NCBI GenBank assembly: GCA_963752285.1
Contig: CAVVXN010000005.1
Coordinates: 480,001-544,000, forward strand
Source: an uncultured Planctomycetota bacterium
GTDB lineage: Bacteria > Planctomycetota > PLA2 > JAEUHO01
Length of the DNA: 64,000 nucleotides
Direction of reading: 5' to 3'
Made by a program: the position numbers and the translations under genes. Of this stretch, positions 28,812 to 39,335 are shown in pieces. Each line of letters begins with the position of its first letter. Position 1 is the stretch's first letter. The notes under the pieces are model-generated. The model ran no database searches and was not told the origin of the DNA. It worked only from the letters and a program-made list of their open reading frames with translations.

Positions 28812-29585
28812 ATGACGAACGCGAGGCGAAGCCGAGGGGCGGCGCGGCCGGCCGCCTCGGAACGGACGAAGCTGGTGGCGTCGGCGCGTCGGCGCCGCGG
28901 CGCGGCCGTGCGCGCGCTCGCGGCGCGGGAGCCGCGGTACCGGGACCTCCTCCGGCGCGTGGGCCCGCCGACCTTCGACCTCTATCCCTCGTCGTTCCAC
29001 TCCCTCGCGCGCGCGATCGCGTACCAGCAGCTTGCCGGGCACGCGGCCCGCGCCATCTGGGGTCGGGTCGAGGCGCGGCTCGGGCCCGAGGTCACCGCCG
29101 ACGCGATCCTTCGCGCCCGCTCCGCCACACTTCGCGCGGCCGGGCTCTCGACCGCGAAGATCGCGAGCGCGAAGGACCTCGCGCGGCACGTCCGGGACGG
29201 GCGCGTCGTGCCCGACCGGCTCGCCCTGCTCGACGACCCGTCCGTCGTCGCAACGCTTACGCAGGTCCGCGGCATCGGCCGGTGGAGCGCGGAGATGCAC
29301 CTGATCTTCGCGCTCGGCCGGCTCGACGTGTGGCCCTCGGCGGACCTCGGCGTGCGCAAGGGGCTCGCGCGCTGGCTCGGCCTCCCGGACGTCCCGACGC
29401 CCCGCGCCGCCGAGTCGCTCGGCGATCCCTACCGGCCGTACCGGACGCTCGTCGCGTGGTCGATGTGGCGGGTCCAGGAGACGAAGCTCTGGGACGAGGA
29501 GCGCCGCGAGGACGAGGCGGGCCGGACGTCGGTCGGACGCCGGCGCGGACGTCAACGGCCGGCGAGGCCCAGCTCCTCCGCGTGA
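28812..29585 (+). CDS. DNA-3-methyladenine glycosylase II (AlkA-like)
   Basis: 'AIAYQQL', HhH 'VRGIGRWSAEM', 'DVWP..DLGVR', 'RPYRT'. Confidence 0.88.
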   Translation: MTNARRSRGAARPAASERTKLVASARRRRGAAVRALAAREPRYRDLLRRVGPPTFDLYPSSFHSLARAIAYQQLAGHAARAIWGRVEARLGPEVTADAILRARSATLRAAGLSTAKIASAKDLARHVRDGRVVPDRLALLDDPSVVATLTQVRGIGRWSAEMHLIFALGRLDVWPSADLGVRKGLARWLGLPDVPTPRAAESLGDPYRPYRTLVAWSMWRVQETKLWDEERREDEAGRTSVGRRRGRQRPARPSSSA

Positions 29586-30115
29586 GGTCGGAGCGCGCCG
29601 ATCAGGAAGTCCACGTGCTCCGCGAGGTCCACGCCGAGGAGGTCGCAGCCGGCCTGGACCTCGGCGCGGTCCACCTTGGCCGCGAAGGACCGGTCCTTCA
29701 GCTTCTTCTTCACCGACTTCGAGCCGAGGCTCGCGATCCCGTCGGGGCGGACGAGGCAGCACGCGCCGATGAAACCCGTGATCTCGTCGCAGGCGAGGAG
29801 CGCCTTGTCGAGCGGCGTCTCCCAGGGCACGCCCCAGTGCGTGTAGTGCGCCGAGACCGCGTGGGCGATCTCGGGCTCGCCCCGCTCGCAAAGCCAGGCG
29901 ACGATGCGCTGCGGGTGGTCCTCGGGCCACTTCTCGTAGTCGGCGTCGTGGAGCATGCCCGCGACACCCCAGCGCTCGACGTCCGCCTCGCCGGCACCGT
30001 AGCGCGTGGCCGCGGCGCGCATCACGATCTCGACCGCCCGCGCGTGCTTGCGGAGCGCGTCCGTCTCGGTCCAGGTCTCGAGATGGGCCCAGGCCTCTTG
30101 GCGGGTGAGTCCCAT
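29552..30115 (-). CDS. HD-domain (HDIG-like) protein
   Basis: 'LRKH..AVE', 'LHDADYE', 'DEITGF', 'SVKKKLKD..FA..V.R'. Confidence 0.88.
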   Translation of the reverse strand: MGLTRQEAWAHLETWTETDALRKHARAVEIVMRAAATRYGAGEADVERWGVAGMLHDADYEKWPEDHPQRIVAWLCERGEPEIAHAVSAHYTHWGVPWETPLDKALLACDEITGFIGACCLVRPDGIASLGSKSVKKKLKDRSFAAKVDRAEVQAGCDLLGVDLAEHVDFLIGALRPHAEELGLAGR

Positions 30116-30137
30116 GGCCGCCTCCCGTCGGGCCGCG

Positions 30138-32024
30138 TCACACGGCCGTGCCGATGATGGCTTCGTTGTAGGCCTTGATGACGTCGTTCCGGTCGAGCGT
30201 CCCCACGGGACGCTGCGGGTCGGCCGGGTCCACGACGACGAGCGACGTCCGGTCGGCGCGGAACATGATGTTGATCGCCGCGAGGACCGTCTCGGAGGGG
30301 AGCACCGTCACGGCGGGCTTCTGGATGTCCCCGGCGATCACCAGGTTCTCGACGGCCGTCTCCGTGATCATGGCGCGCAGGACGTCGGCGTCGATCAACC
30401 CGGTCAGGTGGCCCTCGCCGTCCACGACGGGGAAGCAGACCTGGTTCGTCCAGCGGAAGGCGCGGATCAGCTCGCCAAACGTCGTCTCCACGTGGAAGAC
30501 CTCGAAGTCCTTCGCGGGGGGCGCGCCCATCGCGTCCTTGACGAGCAGGCGACGGAGGATCGCGCGCGCCATCGGGCCGACCTTGCTCGGCGCGTCGAGG
30601 CGGGAGGGGAGCTGCTGGCGGTACAGGGTGACGTTCCGGCAGAGCAGGAACGAGATCAGGCAGACGAGCATCGCGGGGACCAGTAGGTCGTAGTTCCCGG
30701 TCATCTCGCTGACCATGATGATGGTCGAGATCGGCGTGTTCGCGGCGCCCGCGAAGAAGCCGGCCATCCCGACCAGCGCGAACGCGCCCGGCTCCGCCGC
30801 CAGGTTCCCGGGAAGGAAGTGCTGCGCGAGGATCCCCACCGCGCCGCCGATGGCGCCGCCGACCACGACCGCGGGCCCGAACACGCCTCCGCTGCCCCCG
30901 CTGCCGATCGAGAACGCCGTCGTCGCGATCTTGCCGAGGGCGATGACGCCCAGGAGCACCGCCATCGTGACGGCCGGCGCCACGCCGCCGGGAAGCATGT
31001 TGCCGAGCTCGTGCGCGCTCGGGAGGTTCAGGATCCCGGGCCCCTTGCCCGCATCCTGGTTGAAGCACGCCTGGATCACGCCGTAGCCCGTGCCGAGCGC
31101 CTCGGGGAGGAAGAAGCCCACCATGCCCGTCAGCAGGCCGCCGATCGCGGGCTTGACGTGGTCCGGGATGCGCTTGAGCTTGTTGAAGAAGACGTTCCGC
31201 ACGCCGTAGAACGCCGACGTGTAGGCCCGGGCGCCGGCGGCGCAGATGACGCCGAGCACGGCGAACGGCACGAGCGAGAACACGTTCGTGTACACGTAGC
31301 TCGGCGTGACGAAGAGCGGGTGGAAGCCGTAGATGCTGCCGAAGACGCTGTACGCGATCACCGAGGTCACGAACGCGGGCACCAGGACCTCGTGCTCGAG
31401 GTCGGGCCCGCGGTACAGGACCTCGGCGGCGAAGAGCGCGCCGGCCAGCGGCGCGTGGAAGATCGCGCCCACGCCGGCGCCGAGGCCGGCGGCCATGAGG
31501 ATCCGGCGTTCCTCCGGACGGACGTGCATCCAGGCGCCGAGCATGGAGCCGAACCCGGAGCCGATCTGGGCGATGGGGCCCTCGCGGCCGCCCGAGCCGC
31601 CGGTGCCGATGGTCAGGGCCGAGGACAGCGCCTTCACGAAGGGCACGCGCGCTCGGACCGCGCCGTCACGGTAGTGGTAGGCCTCGATCGCGGCGTCGGT
31701 GCCGTGGCCCTCCGCCTCGGGAGCGAACGTGAAGACGAGCCAGCCCGAGAGGAGCCCCCCCGCGGTAGGGAGCGCGAGGAGCAGCCAGCGGATCGGCATC
31801 GCGTTCGCCGCGACGGCCGCGGCGACGAACGTGTTGCCCTCGAAGCCGGGCGACGCCGGGTAGTAGCCGGCGATCCCCCCGAGCAGGTAGGCGGTGCCGG
31901 CCTCGAGGACGACGAAGAACCCGGCGGCGCCGAGCCCCGCCACGATGCCGACCGCCACGCACATGAGGAGCATGCGCCGGAGTCCCGGCGCGCCGATCGG
32001 CTCCTTCAGCGGCGTCTTCGCCAT
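30138..32024 (-). CDS. ClC chloride channel/transporter with tandem CBS domains
   Basis: 'EAEGHGTD', 'GGSGGREGP', 'GGSGGVFGP', 'EMTGNY', C-terminal CBS pair. Confidence 0.93.
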   Translation of the reverse strand: MAKTPLKEPIGAPGLRRMLLMCVAVGIVAGLGAAGFFVVLEAGTAYLLGGIAGYYPASPGFEGNTFVAAAVAANAMPIRWLLLALPTAGGLLSGWLVFTFAPEAEGHGTDAAIEAYHYRDGAVRARVPFVKALSSALTIGTGGSGGREGPIAQIGSGFGSMLGAWMHVRPEERRILMAAGLGAGVGAIFHAPLAGALFAAEVLYRGPDLEHEVLVPAFVTSVIAYSVFGSIYGFHPLFVTPSYVYTNVFSLVPFAVLGVICAAGARAYTSAFYGVRNVFFNKLKRIPDHVKPAIGGLLTGMVGFFLPEALGTGYGVIQACFNQDAGKGPGILNLPSAHELGNMLPGGVAPAVTMAVLLGVIALGKIATTAFSIGSGGSGGVFGPAVVVGGAIGGAVGILAQHFLPGNLAAEPGAFALVGMAGFFAGAANTPISTIIMVSEMTGNYDLLVPAMLVCLISFLLCRNVTLYRQQLPSRLDAPSKVGPMARAILRRLLVKDAMGAPPAKDFEVFHVETTFGELIRAFRWTNQVCFPVVDGEGHLTGLIDADVLRAMITETAVENLVIAGDIQKPAVTVLPSETVLAAINIMFRADRTSLVVVDPADPQRPVGTLDRNDVIKAYNEAIIGTAV

Positions 32025-32144
32025 CGAGTGCGGTCCCCAGGGGGCGGGTTCGGACCGCGGCGGACCATACCAGCGGCGGGGGGACACCCCAAACCGTCGC
32101 GGGTGGCTCCCGCCCATCGCGTCCGGCCCACCTACAATGCCGCC

Positions 32145-32687
32145 ATGCGGCTCCTGGCCGATCTCGCCCGCGACCTCAGAGCGTGGAACCCCGGCTGGGC
32201 GGTCCGCCTGGAAGAGGGTGGGCGTTCGCTCGTCGTGTCCGACGCCACGCGCGAGACGCCCGCGCCGGAGGACCTCCGGTTCGTCTTCTCTGCGGACGGC
32301 AAGTCGGTCGTAGTCGAGGACCTGTGGAGGATCCCGGTCCGCCGAGAGCAGGAGCAGGAGGTCCGTCGGCGCCTGGTCCAGTTCGTCGCCGACGGGTTCG
32401 AGAACCACGGTTGGGAGGTCCCGATCATGCTGGAGGGCGGCCCTCGGCACGGGCGCCGACTCTCGAAGCCTTGGGAGGACCTCCTCGGGCGACTCGTGCT
32501 CGCCCGGCGCGTCGGAGGCGACGGCGGTGAGCCCGAGGCGCACATCTACAAGTGGCATCTCCGCCGGAACGAGGACGGGGAGTACCTCTGTCGGTACGAG
32601 CGCACGCTCCGCGGCGCGGCCGTGGACGACTTCATCGCCCGCGGGGTCGAGAGCACCGGCCCCTTCGTCCTCATCCACGCGCCGTGA
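32145..32687 (+). CDS. Hypothetical protein (180 aa)
   Basis: Normal composition and GC3 bias; TACAAT box 6 nt upstream of the ATG. Confidence 0.65.
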   Translation: MRLLADLARDLRAWNPGWAVRLEEGGRSLVVSDATRETPAPEDLRFVFSADGKSVVVEDLWRIPVRREQEQEVRRRLVQFVADGFENHGWEVPIMLEGGPRHGRRLSKPWEDLLGRLVLARRVGGDGGEPEAHIYKWHLRRNEDGEYLCRYERTLRGAAVDDFIARGVESTGPFVLIHAP

Positions 32688-32774
32688 GGGTCGCCCGTAG
32701 CATGGCGCCCGTCCCGCCGCGCCGGCCGGGCCGAGCCGGGCCCCCCGCGGCCGGGTGATCGAGAGCGACGACGC

Positions 32775-33806
32775 ATGACCACGTGGAACGACCGGGCTCC
32801 CCGCGGCCTCCTCGGGATCCTCTCGGCCTCGTTTCGCCTCGGCCGGGCCTTCGACGTGGAGGTCCGCGTCTACGCGCTGACGCTCGTCGTGTTCCCTCTC
32901 TTCGCGGCGATCGAGTGGGGACGGGTCGGCTACCACGGGAGCGAGCTCGTCTTCGACGTGGCCGCCATGACGCTCGCCCTCTACCTCGTGGTGTGGACCC
33001 ACGAGATGGGCCACATCCTCGCGGCGCGCCGCTACGGCGTGATCACGCCCGAGATCTCGCTCTCCCCGCTCGGCGGCCTCGCGCACCTCTCGTCGGGCGT
33101 TCCCTCGCCCCGGTCCGACGTCGTGGTCTCGCTGATGGGGCCCGCCACGCACCTCCTGTGGCTCCTCCCGCTCTGGCCGCTCTCCCGGTGGGTCGTGGAC
33201 GCCCACTGGCTTCGTCCCGAGGGGTGGTCGGTGGGCGTGCCCGCGTTCCTCGTCTCGTTCCTGTGGCAGGTGAACATCGGCCTCCTGCTGTTCAACCTGC
33301 TTCCGATCTTCCCGCTCGACGGCGGGCGCGTGCTCCGCGCGGTCCTCTCGATGCGGCTCCAGCCGAACCGCGCGACCCTGTGGGCGACGCGCATCGGGAC
33401 CGTCGGCGGCGCCGGGATGATCGTGTACGGGCTCTTCTTCGAGCAGAGCCTCTTCGCGACGATCCTCGTCGTGATCGGGATCGGCGTGGTCATCTCGTGC
33501 CGGCAGGAGGCGCGCGCGGCTCGGCACCACGTGGGTCCGTACGAGGCGGAGCCGCGCCTGCCGTGGGAGTCCGATCCCGACGCGTGGAAGCGCGCCGCGG
33601 CCGCCGCGCGCCGGCCCTCGGGGTTGGCCCGGTGGCGGGCCGCGCGGCGCGCCCGCGCCGAGGCGCGGCGGTGCGAGGCGGACGCCGCGCTCGCCGAGGC
33701 GGTGGACCGCGTCCTCGACCGGGTGAAGCAGGTCGGGATGGCGGGGCTCAACGCCTCCGAGCGCCGGGTCCTCGAACGCGCCTCGCGACGCCAGCGGGGG
33801 GGATGA
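32775..33806 (+). CDS. Site-2 protease (M50) with C-terminal DUF6576-like tail
   Basis: 'HEMGH', 'NLLPIFPLDGG', 'VDRVLDRV...G...L...ERR.L'. Confidence 0.9.
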   Translation: MTTWNDRAPRGLLGILSASFRLGRAFDVEVRVYALTLVVFPLFAAIEWGRVGYHGSELVFDVAAMTLALYLVVWTHEMGHILAARRYGVITPEISLSPLGGLAHLSSGVPSPRSDVVVSLMGPATHLLWLLPLWPLSRWVVDAHWLRPEGWSVGVPAFLVSFLWQVNIGLLLFNLLPIFPLDGGRVLRAVLSMRLQPNRATLWATRIGTVGGAGMIVYGLFFEQSLFATILVVIGIGVVISCRQEARAARHHVGPYEAEPRLPWESDPDAWKRAAAAARRPSGLARWRAARRARAEARRCEADAALAEAVDRVLDRVKQVGMAGLNASERRVLERASRRQRGG

Positions 33807-33849
33807 GCGCGTAGGCGCCGGCCGAGCGCGGGGTCCGGTGGGATGGTCG

Positions 33850-34638
33850 TCAGCCGAGCGCCGCGAGGAGCGCCCACGCGACGAGGCCCGAGACCAGGGA
33901 CCCCGCGAGGTTCACGCCGTCGTTGTCCAGGACCTCCAGCCCGCGCACGCGCTCGGTCGGCCCGTGCCGCGTCCGCCGGTCCTCCGTCTCATGGCCGGTC
34001 ACCACGTCCCGACCACGCCGCTGTAGGGTCGCGCCGAGAACGGAGTCGGCGAACGTGCCGACCGTCCCGGCCGCCGCGGCGAGCGCCACCGTGCGCGCGC
34101 CGCCGCCGAGGAGGAGGACCCATGCGACGGGCCCGAGCGCCGCCCCGAGGACCGATGCGGCGAGGCCGACGACCGACACGGCGCCGCTCGTCCCAGGCGG
34201 CACGCGGCGTCCGGTCCGCACGTCGCGCGGCGTGCCCCCGAGGCGAACGCCGATCTCGGTCGCTGCCGTGTCGGCGCCCAGGAACGAGAACGCGCCGAGC
34301 GCGAGGGCGACGCCCGCCGAGGACGCGCCGGCGAGCGCGAGTCCCGCGCCCGCGGCGGCGACGAGCCCGTTCGCGACGACCTGACGCGCCGTGCGGGCCG
34401 GCGCCCGTTCGCCACCGGGAAGGCGGCCGAGGAGCGTCGCGACCGCGAACGGCAGGAAGAGCGCGACGAGGCCGGGCCCCGCGAACGCGACCCACGTGAG
34501 CGCCCCGAGCCCGAACGCGGCCGACGACGCCCGCGGCGTGAGCCAGGCGAGCGGCCGGACCGCGACGACCGCGAAGACGAGGAGGAGCGCGAGGCCGATC
34601 GCGAGCTCCAAGGCGGCCAAGGGCGGGGGCGGCGGCAT
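33850..34638 (-). CDS. DUF92 (TMEM19-like) membrane protein, in frame with comEC
   Basis: 'QVVANG', 'DTAATEIG', 'PPGTSGAVS', 'DSVLGATLQ', 'LDNDGVN'. Confidence 0.85.
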   Translation of the reverse strand: MPPPPPLAALELAIGLALLLVFAVVAVRPLAWLTPRASSAAFGLGALTWVAFAGPGLVALFLPFAVATLLGRLPGGERAPARTARQVVANGLVAAAGAGLALAGASSAGVALALGAFSFLGADTAATEIGVRLGGTPRDVRTGRRVPPGTSGAVSVVGLAASVLGAALGPVAWVLLLGGGARTVALAAAAGTVGTFADSVLGATLQRRGRDVVTGHETEDRRTRHGPTERVRGLEVLDNDGVNLAGSLVSGLVAWALLAALG

Positions 34639-36807
34639 GGCGGCGGGCGGATCGTATCCGGGCGGTTGCGCCGCCCACGGCGTGGAGAGAACCGACCCCG
34701 AGGGAAGGACGTCCACGACGACCGTGCCCTCCTCCTCGGGGCCGGAACGACCCGCGGAGAGGTCGAGGACCTCGCCCCCGGCGAGGGGCGGCGCCCGCCG
34801 CCGCACGCGTGCGAGGCGCACGTCCTCGGCGGCCGCGCTCGCCGGGAGGATGACGCGCGGTCCACCGGCCGTCTCGAGGAGCACGACCAGGGCGGGCGCC
34901 TCGGCGCTGCCGGTCCGGGCGGGGTCCTCCCGCGCGAGCACGAGAAGCGCCCCCCAGGCCCCCCCGAGGAGCACCTCGCCTTCCGTCGCGTGGCGCACGA
35001 CCGTGGCCGCCGGCGCGGCGAGCGGCGTCGAGGGGACGCCCTCGGGGAGCGCGGCCTGACCGACCGGTACCGCCTCCAGGAGGTCGGCCGCGCCCGCGAC
35101 CTCGCCCGCGCCCGTGACGACCAGGAGGTCCAGCCGGTCGATGCCCAGGGCGCCGAGCGCGGGGACGACCACGCGGCGCACGGCGCCCGGGTCGCCCGCC
35201 GCCCCGGTGTCCACCAGCGCCCGGCGGCCGTCGGGAAGGAGCAGGAGGGTCGCGTGGCCCGCGCCCACGTCGAGCAGGAGCAGCCGCGGGAACGCGGGCG
35301 GCGGGCGCGCGGGCGGCGCGAGCGCGAGGAGGACCAGCGCGATCGAGAGACCGAGGCCTCGCCTCGCCTCGCGCGGGGTCCCGCGGGCGAGGGCCAGGAG
35401 GGCGATGCCGTATCCGGCGTACCAGACGGCGCCCGGCGGCGCCGTCGGCGCGCCGCCGAGCCCTCCGTCGATGGCGCGGTCGAGGACGAACCGGAGGGAG
35501 GCGGCCGTTTTGCCGAAGGCCGCCGCCGCGCCCGCGCCCAGGAACGGCAGCGGCGCCAGGAGGATCGTCAGCGCCCCGGTCGCGAGGAGCACCGCGGCGA
35601 GCATCACCGTCACGACCGAGAGCGGCGCGCCGAAGGGCGCCACGACCGCGCCGCGGGCGAGGAGCACGGGCACCGTCCCGAGCCACGCCGCGCCCGCCAC
35701 GGCGAGCGAGCGTCGGAACGGCGCGCGCGGCGGGTCCACGATGCCCGGCACCACCGGGATCTGGGGGAGCAGCAGGCGCGTCAGCGGCGCGGAGAGCCAG
35801 AGGATGCCCAGGACGGCCGCGAACGAGAGCACGAGCGCCGGGTCGTCGATCCCCTCCGGGTCGAGGGCCAGGACCACGAGCGCCACGCCGCCGAGGAGGG
35901 CCGCGCCCGTCGCGTCGCGCCGCGCGAGGCGTCCGAGGAAGAGGAGGCAGGCCGCGCCGCCGGCGCGCACGGCCGACGGCGGCGCGCCCGCGAGGGGCAC
36001 GTAGACGACGACCAGGACGAGCCCCGCGAGGGCCACGGTCCGCCGGCCGCCGCCGGCGAGCCGCACGAGACCGAGGAGGCCCGCGAGCAGGAGGCCCACG
36101 TGCAGACCCGAGACCGCGAGGAGGTGGCCCTGGCCCGTGAGCCGGAACCGCCGGCGCTCGGGGGGCCGGAGCGCGCTGCGGTCGCCGAGGAGGAGCGCGC
36201 GGGCGAGTCCCGCGTCCTCGCCTCCGAGCCGGCGGTCGAACATGCGCGCGAGGGCCGCGCGGAGGCCCGCGACCCACGCGAGGGGACCGTCCGCGTGCCG
36301 GACCACCTCGACGCGCGCGCCCACGGCGAGGAGCGCGGGACCGCGGCGCCACCGCGCGGCGCCCGGCCCCCTCGGGAGCCGGCGCGCCTCGAGCCTGGGC
36401 GCTCCGCGGACCCGGTCACCCGGGAGCAGCGCGGGGCCCGCGCGGGGCGGGAGGAACCACGCCACGTCGAGCGGTCGGGGCGTCGGACGTTCCCCGACCC
36501 GGTCGAGCCGGACCGTCGCCCGCTGGCCGAACGCGGCCGGGGGGGCCACGTCGAGCACGCGGCCCTCGACCTCGTGGACCGCGGGCAGCCGGAGGTCCGG
36601 GAGGACCTCGGCGGCGGCGCGGGCGCGCGTTCCCAGGCCGAGGAGCAAGCCCGCCGCAGCGCCGGCGAGGAACGCGCGGGACCGGCGCGGGGCCAGGCGG
36701 GCCGCGACGAGCGGCGCGAGCAGGAAGGGGGCCGGCGTGAGCCCCGCGAGGACGAGGCCCGAGGCCAGCCCCACGGCGGCGAGCGCGGAGGGCGCGGGGC
36801 GGTGCAC
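34639..36807 (-). CDS. comEC: ComEC/Rec2 competence protein with degenerate metallo-beta-lactamase domain; no stop before DUF92
   Basis: 'ALLLGDR..F..TG..HLLAVSGLHVG', 'SAVRA', 'LSFAAV', 'LDVGAG', 'LVDTG'; AAGGAG before GTG 36807. Confidence 0.85.
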
Positions 36808-36867
36808 CCACTCCTTCGCACGAGCCCCGGACGCGGTCACGGCGCAGGGGGTCGTATCCTCCGGCCC

Positions 36868-37896
36868 ATGACCCGGGCCCCGCACGAGATCGGCAGGGAG
36901 GTGATCCGCCGCGAGCGCGAGGCGCTCGACCGCCTGGCGGAGGGGCTCGGCGAGGCGTTCGACCGCGCGGTCGAGGTGGTCCTGGAACGCGTGACGGCCG
37001 GGGGGCGCGTGATCGTGTGCGGGATCGGGAAGTCGGGGCAGATCGGGCGGAAGATCTCGAGCACGCTCGTCTCGACCGGCGTGCACAGCCGCTTCCTCCA
37101 CCCGGCGGAGGGCTTCCACGGCGACATCGGGATGGTCACGTCGAGGGACGTGGTGCTGGCCGTCAGCAACTCCGGCCGCGCACAGGAGGTGATGGACCTG
37201 ATCCCGGTGATCAAGGAGCTCGGCGCGTACGTCGTGGCGATCACCTCGTCGCCGGCCAACCCGCTCGCGCGCGCCGCCGACCTCGTTCTCTCGTTCGGCG
37301 ACGTCCGCGAGGCGGATCCGCTCGCGCTCGTGCCGACGGTCTCCGCCGCGGTCACGCTGGCGCTCGGCGACGCCCTGACGGTCGCATTGATGGAGGCCCG
37401 GCTGGAGCGGGGCGAGTTCGACCCCGACGCGTACCGCGTATTCCACGCTGGCGGGGCGATCGGAAAGAAGCTCCGGACGCGCGTGATCGACCTCCTGCGC
37501 GGCCCGCACACGAATCCGCGCGTGCGCGAGGACGCTACGTTCTCCGAGGCGCTCGAGGAGGTGACGGGCAAGACCCTCGGCGGCGTGAACGTCGTGGACG
37601 CCGACGGGCGTCTCGTCGGCATCCTCACCGACGGCGACATCCGGCGGCACCTGCAAGGCGCCCGCGGATCGGCCGAGGCGCTGCTCGGGCGGTCCGTGCG
37701 CGAGCTGATGACCGCGCGGCCGACGGTCGTGCATCCCGAGGACCGGGCCATCGAGGCCCTGCGCCTGATGGAGTCGCACCGCCCCCGTCCCATCTTCCTG
37801 CTTCCCGTGACCGACCACGAGGGCCGCGCCGTCGGCATGATCCACCTGCACACGCTCGTGCAGGCGGGCCTCGCGGAGGACCGCACGGAAGAGTGA
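36868..37896 (+). CDS. kdsD: KpsF/GutQ arabinose-5-phosphate isomerase (SIS + CBS)
   Basis: 'GIGKSG.IG.K', 'HPAE..HGDIG', 'SNSG', 'PT.S....LALGDAL', 'FHAGG.IG'. Confidence 0.92.
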   Translation: MTRAPHEIGREVIRREREALDRLAEGLGEAFDRAVEVVLERVTAGGRVIVCGIGKSGQIGRKISSTLVSTGVHSRFLHPAEGFHGDIGMVTSRDVVLAVSNSGRAQEVMDLIPVIKELGAYVVAITSSPANPLARAADLVLSFGDVREADPLALVPTVSAAVTLALGDALTVALMEARLERGEFDPDAYRVFHAGGAIGKKLRTRVIDLLRGPHTNPRVREDATFSEALEEVTGKTLGGVNVVDADGRLVGILTDGDIRRHLQGARGSAEALLGRSVRELMTARPTVVHPEDRAIEALRLMESHRPRPIFLLPVTDHEGRAVGMIHLHTLVQAGLAEDRTEE

Positions 37897-37928
37897 CGGC
37901 GCCGGCCGGGGCGACGGGAGGGGTGGCG

Positions 37929-39335
37929 ATGCGGCTCGAGCCGACGATGTTCCGCGAGTACGACCTCCGAGGGCGCGTGCCGGAGGTCTTCCCCGACGCC
38001 GAGCGGGAGCTCTCCGACGAGGGCATGGAACTCCTCGGCGCCGCGTTCGGGACGCTCGCCGGACGCCGCGGCCACGCGCGGGTCGTGGTCGGGCACGACC
38101 TCCGCACGTACAGCCCGCGTCTCGCGGCCTGCTTCGTCGAGGGCGTGCGGTCGTCCGGCCGCGACGTCCTCGACGTCGGGTGCGTCCTCTCGCCGATGCT
38201 CTACTTCGCCCAGGTGCACACGAAGACGGCCGCCGGGGCGATGATCACCGCGAGCCACAACCCGCAGGGGTGGAGCGGGCTCAAGATGTCGCTCGAGCCC
38301 GTGAAGACGCTGCTCCGCCCCGACATCGAGGCGCTGCAGCGCCTCTGCGACGAGGCCGACCTCGACCGCGGCCGCGGCACCGTCGAACGGCTCGACCTGA
38401 GGGAGGCCTACGTCGAGGACCTCGTGTCGCGGGTGGACCTCGCGCGGCCGATCCGGGTCGTCCTCGACCCCGGGAACGGCACGGCGGCGCTCGTGTGCGA
38501 GGAGGTGTTCCGCCGCGCCGGCGCCGACGTGGTGCCGCTCTTCTGCGACCCCGATCCGACGTTTCCGAACCACTTCCCGAACCCGAGCGACGGCAAGGCC
38601 CGCGAGGCGATCCGCCGGGCCGTGGTCGAGCAGGGCGCGGACCTCGGCCTCTCGTTCGACGGCGACGGGGACCGTCTCGGCGTGCAGGACGAGTCGGGGG
38701 CCGACGTCCTCGCGGACCGCGTGCTCCTCCTGCTCGCGCGTCCCGTGCTCGCCCGCCACCCCGGCGCGGCGGTCGTGTTCGACGTGAAGTGCAGCCAGGC
38801 GCTCGTCGAGGACGTGGAGCGACACGGCGGGCGCCCGGTCATGTGGAAGACGGGGCATTCCTGGATCAAGTCGAAGGCGGCCGAGGAGGACGCGCCGATC
38901 GCCGGCGAGCGGAGCGGCCACTTCTTCGTCCGGGACGGGTTCCACGGCTACGACGACGCGCTCTTCGCGGGGCTTCGCGTCGTCGAGCTCGTCGCGTCGC
39001 AGCCTGGCTCTCTCGGCGACCTGGTCCGCTCCGCGCCCGTGTGGGTGACGAGCCCCGAGATCCAGGTGGACTGCCCCGACGACGTGAAGTACGGGGTCGT
39101 GGATCGCCTCGTGCGGGAGCTGGTCGCCGAGTTCGGCGATCGCGTGATCACGATCAACGGGGCGCGCGTGCGGTTCGACGACGGCTGGGGACTCGTCCGG
39201 GCGTCGTCGAACCTGCCGGAGCTCGTCCTGGTCTTCGAAGGGCGGACCCAGGAGGCGATGGCGCGGATCCAGGACCTGTTCCGCGCGCGTCTCGCGCGCC
39301 ACCCGGAGATCGGGGCCACGTGGCACAACGCCTGA
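37929..39335 (+). CDS. Phosphomannomutase/phosphoglucomutase
   Basis: 'FREYDLRG', 'ITASHNP', 'FDGDGDR', 'GERSGH', 'VRASSN'. Confidence 0.95.
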   Translation: MRLEPTMFREYDLRGRVPEVFPDAERELSDEGMELLGAAFGTLAGRRGHARVVVGHDLRTYSPRLAACFVEGVRSSGRDVLDVGCVLSPMLYFAQVHTKTAAGAMITASHNPQGWSGLKMSLEPVKTLLRPDIEALQRLCDEADLDRGRGTVERLDLREAYVEDLVSRVDLARPIRVVLDPGNGTAALVCEEVFRRAGADVVPLFCDPDPTFPNHFPNPSDGKAREAIRRAVVEQGADLGLSFDGDGDRLGVQDESGADVLADRVLLLLARPVLARHPGAAVVFDVKCSQALVEDVERHGGRPVMWKTGHSWIKSKAAEEDAPIAGERSGHFFVRDGFHGYDDALFAGLRVVELVASQPGSLGDLVRSAPVWVTSPEIQVDCPDDVKYGVVDRLVRELVAEFGDRVITINGARVRFDDGWGLVRASSNLPELVLVFEGRTQEAMARIQDLFRARLARHPEIGATWHNA

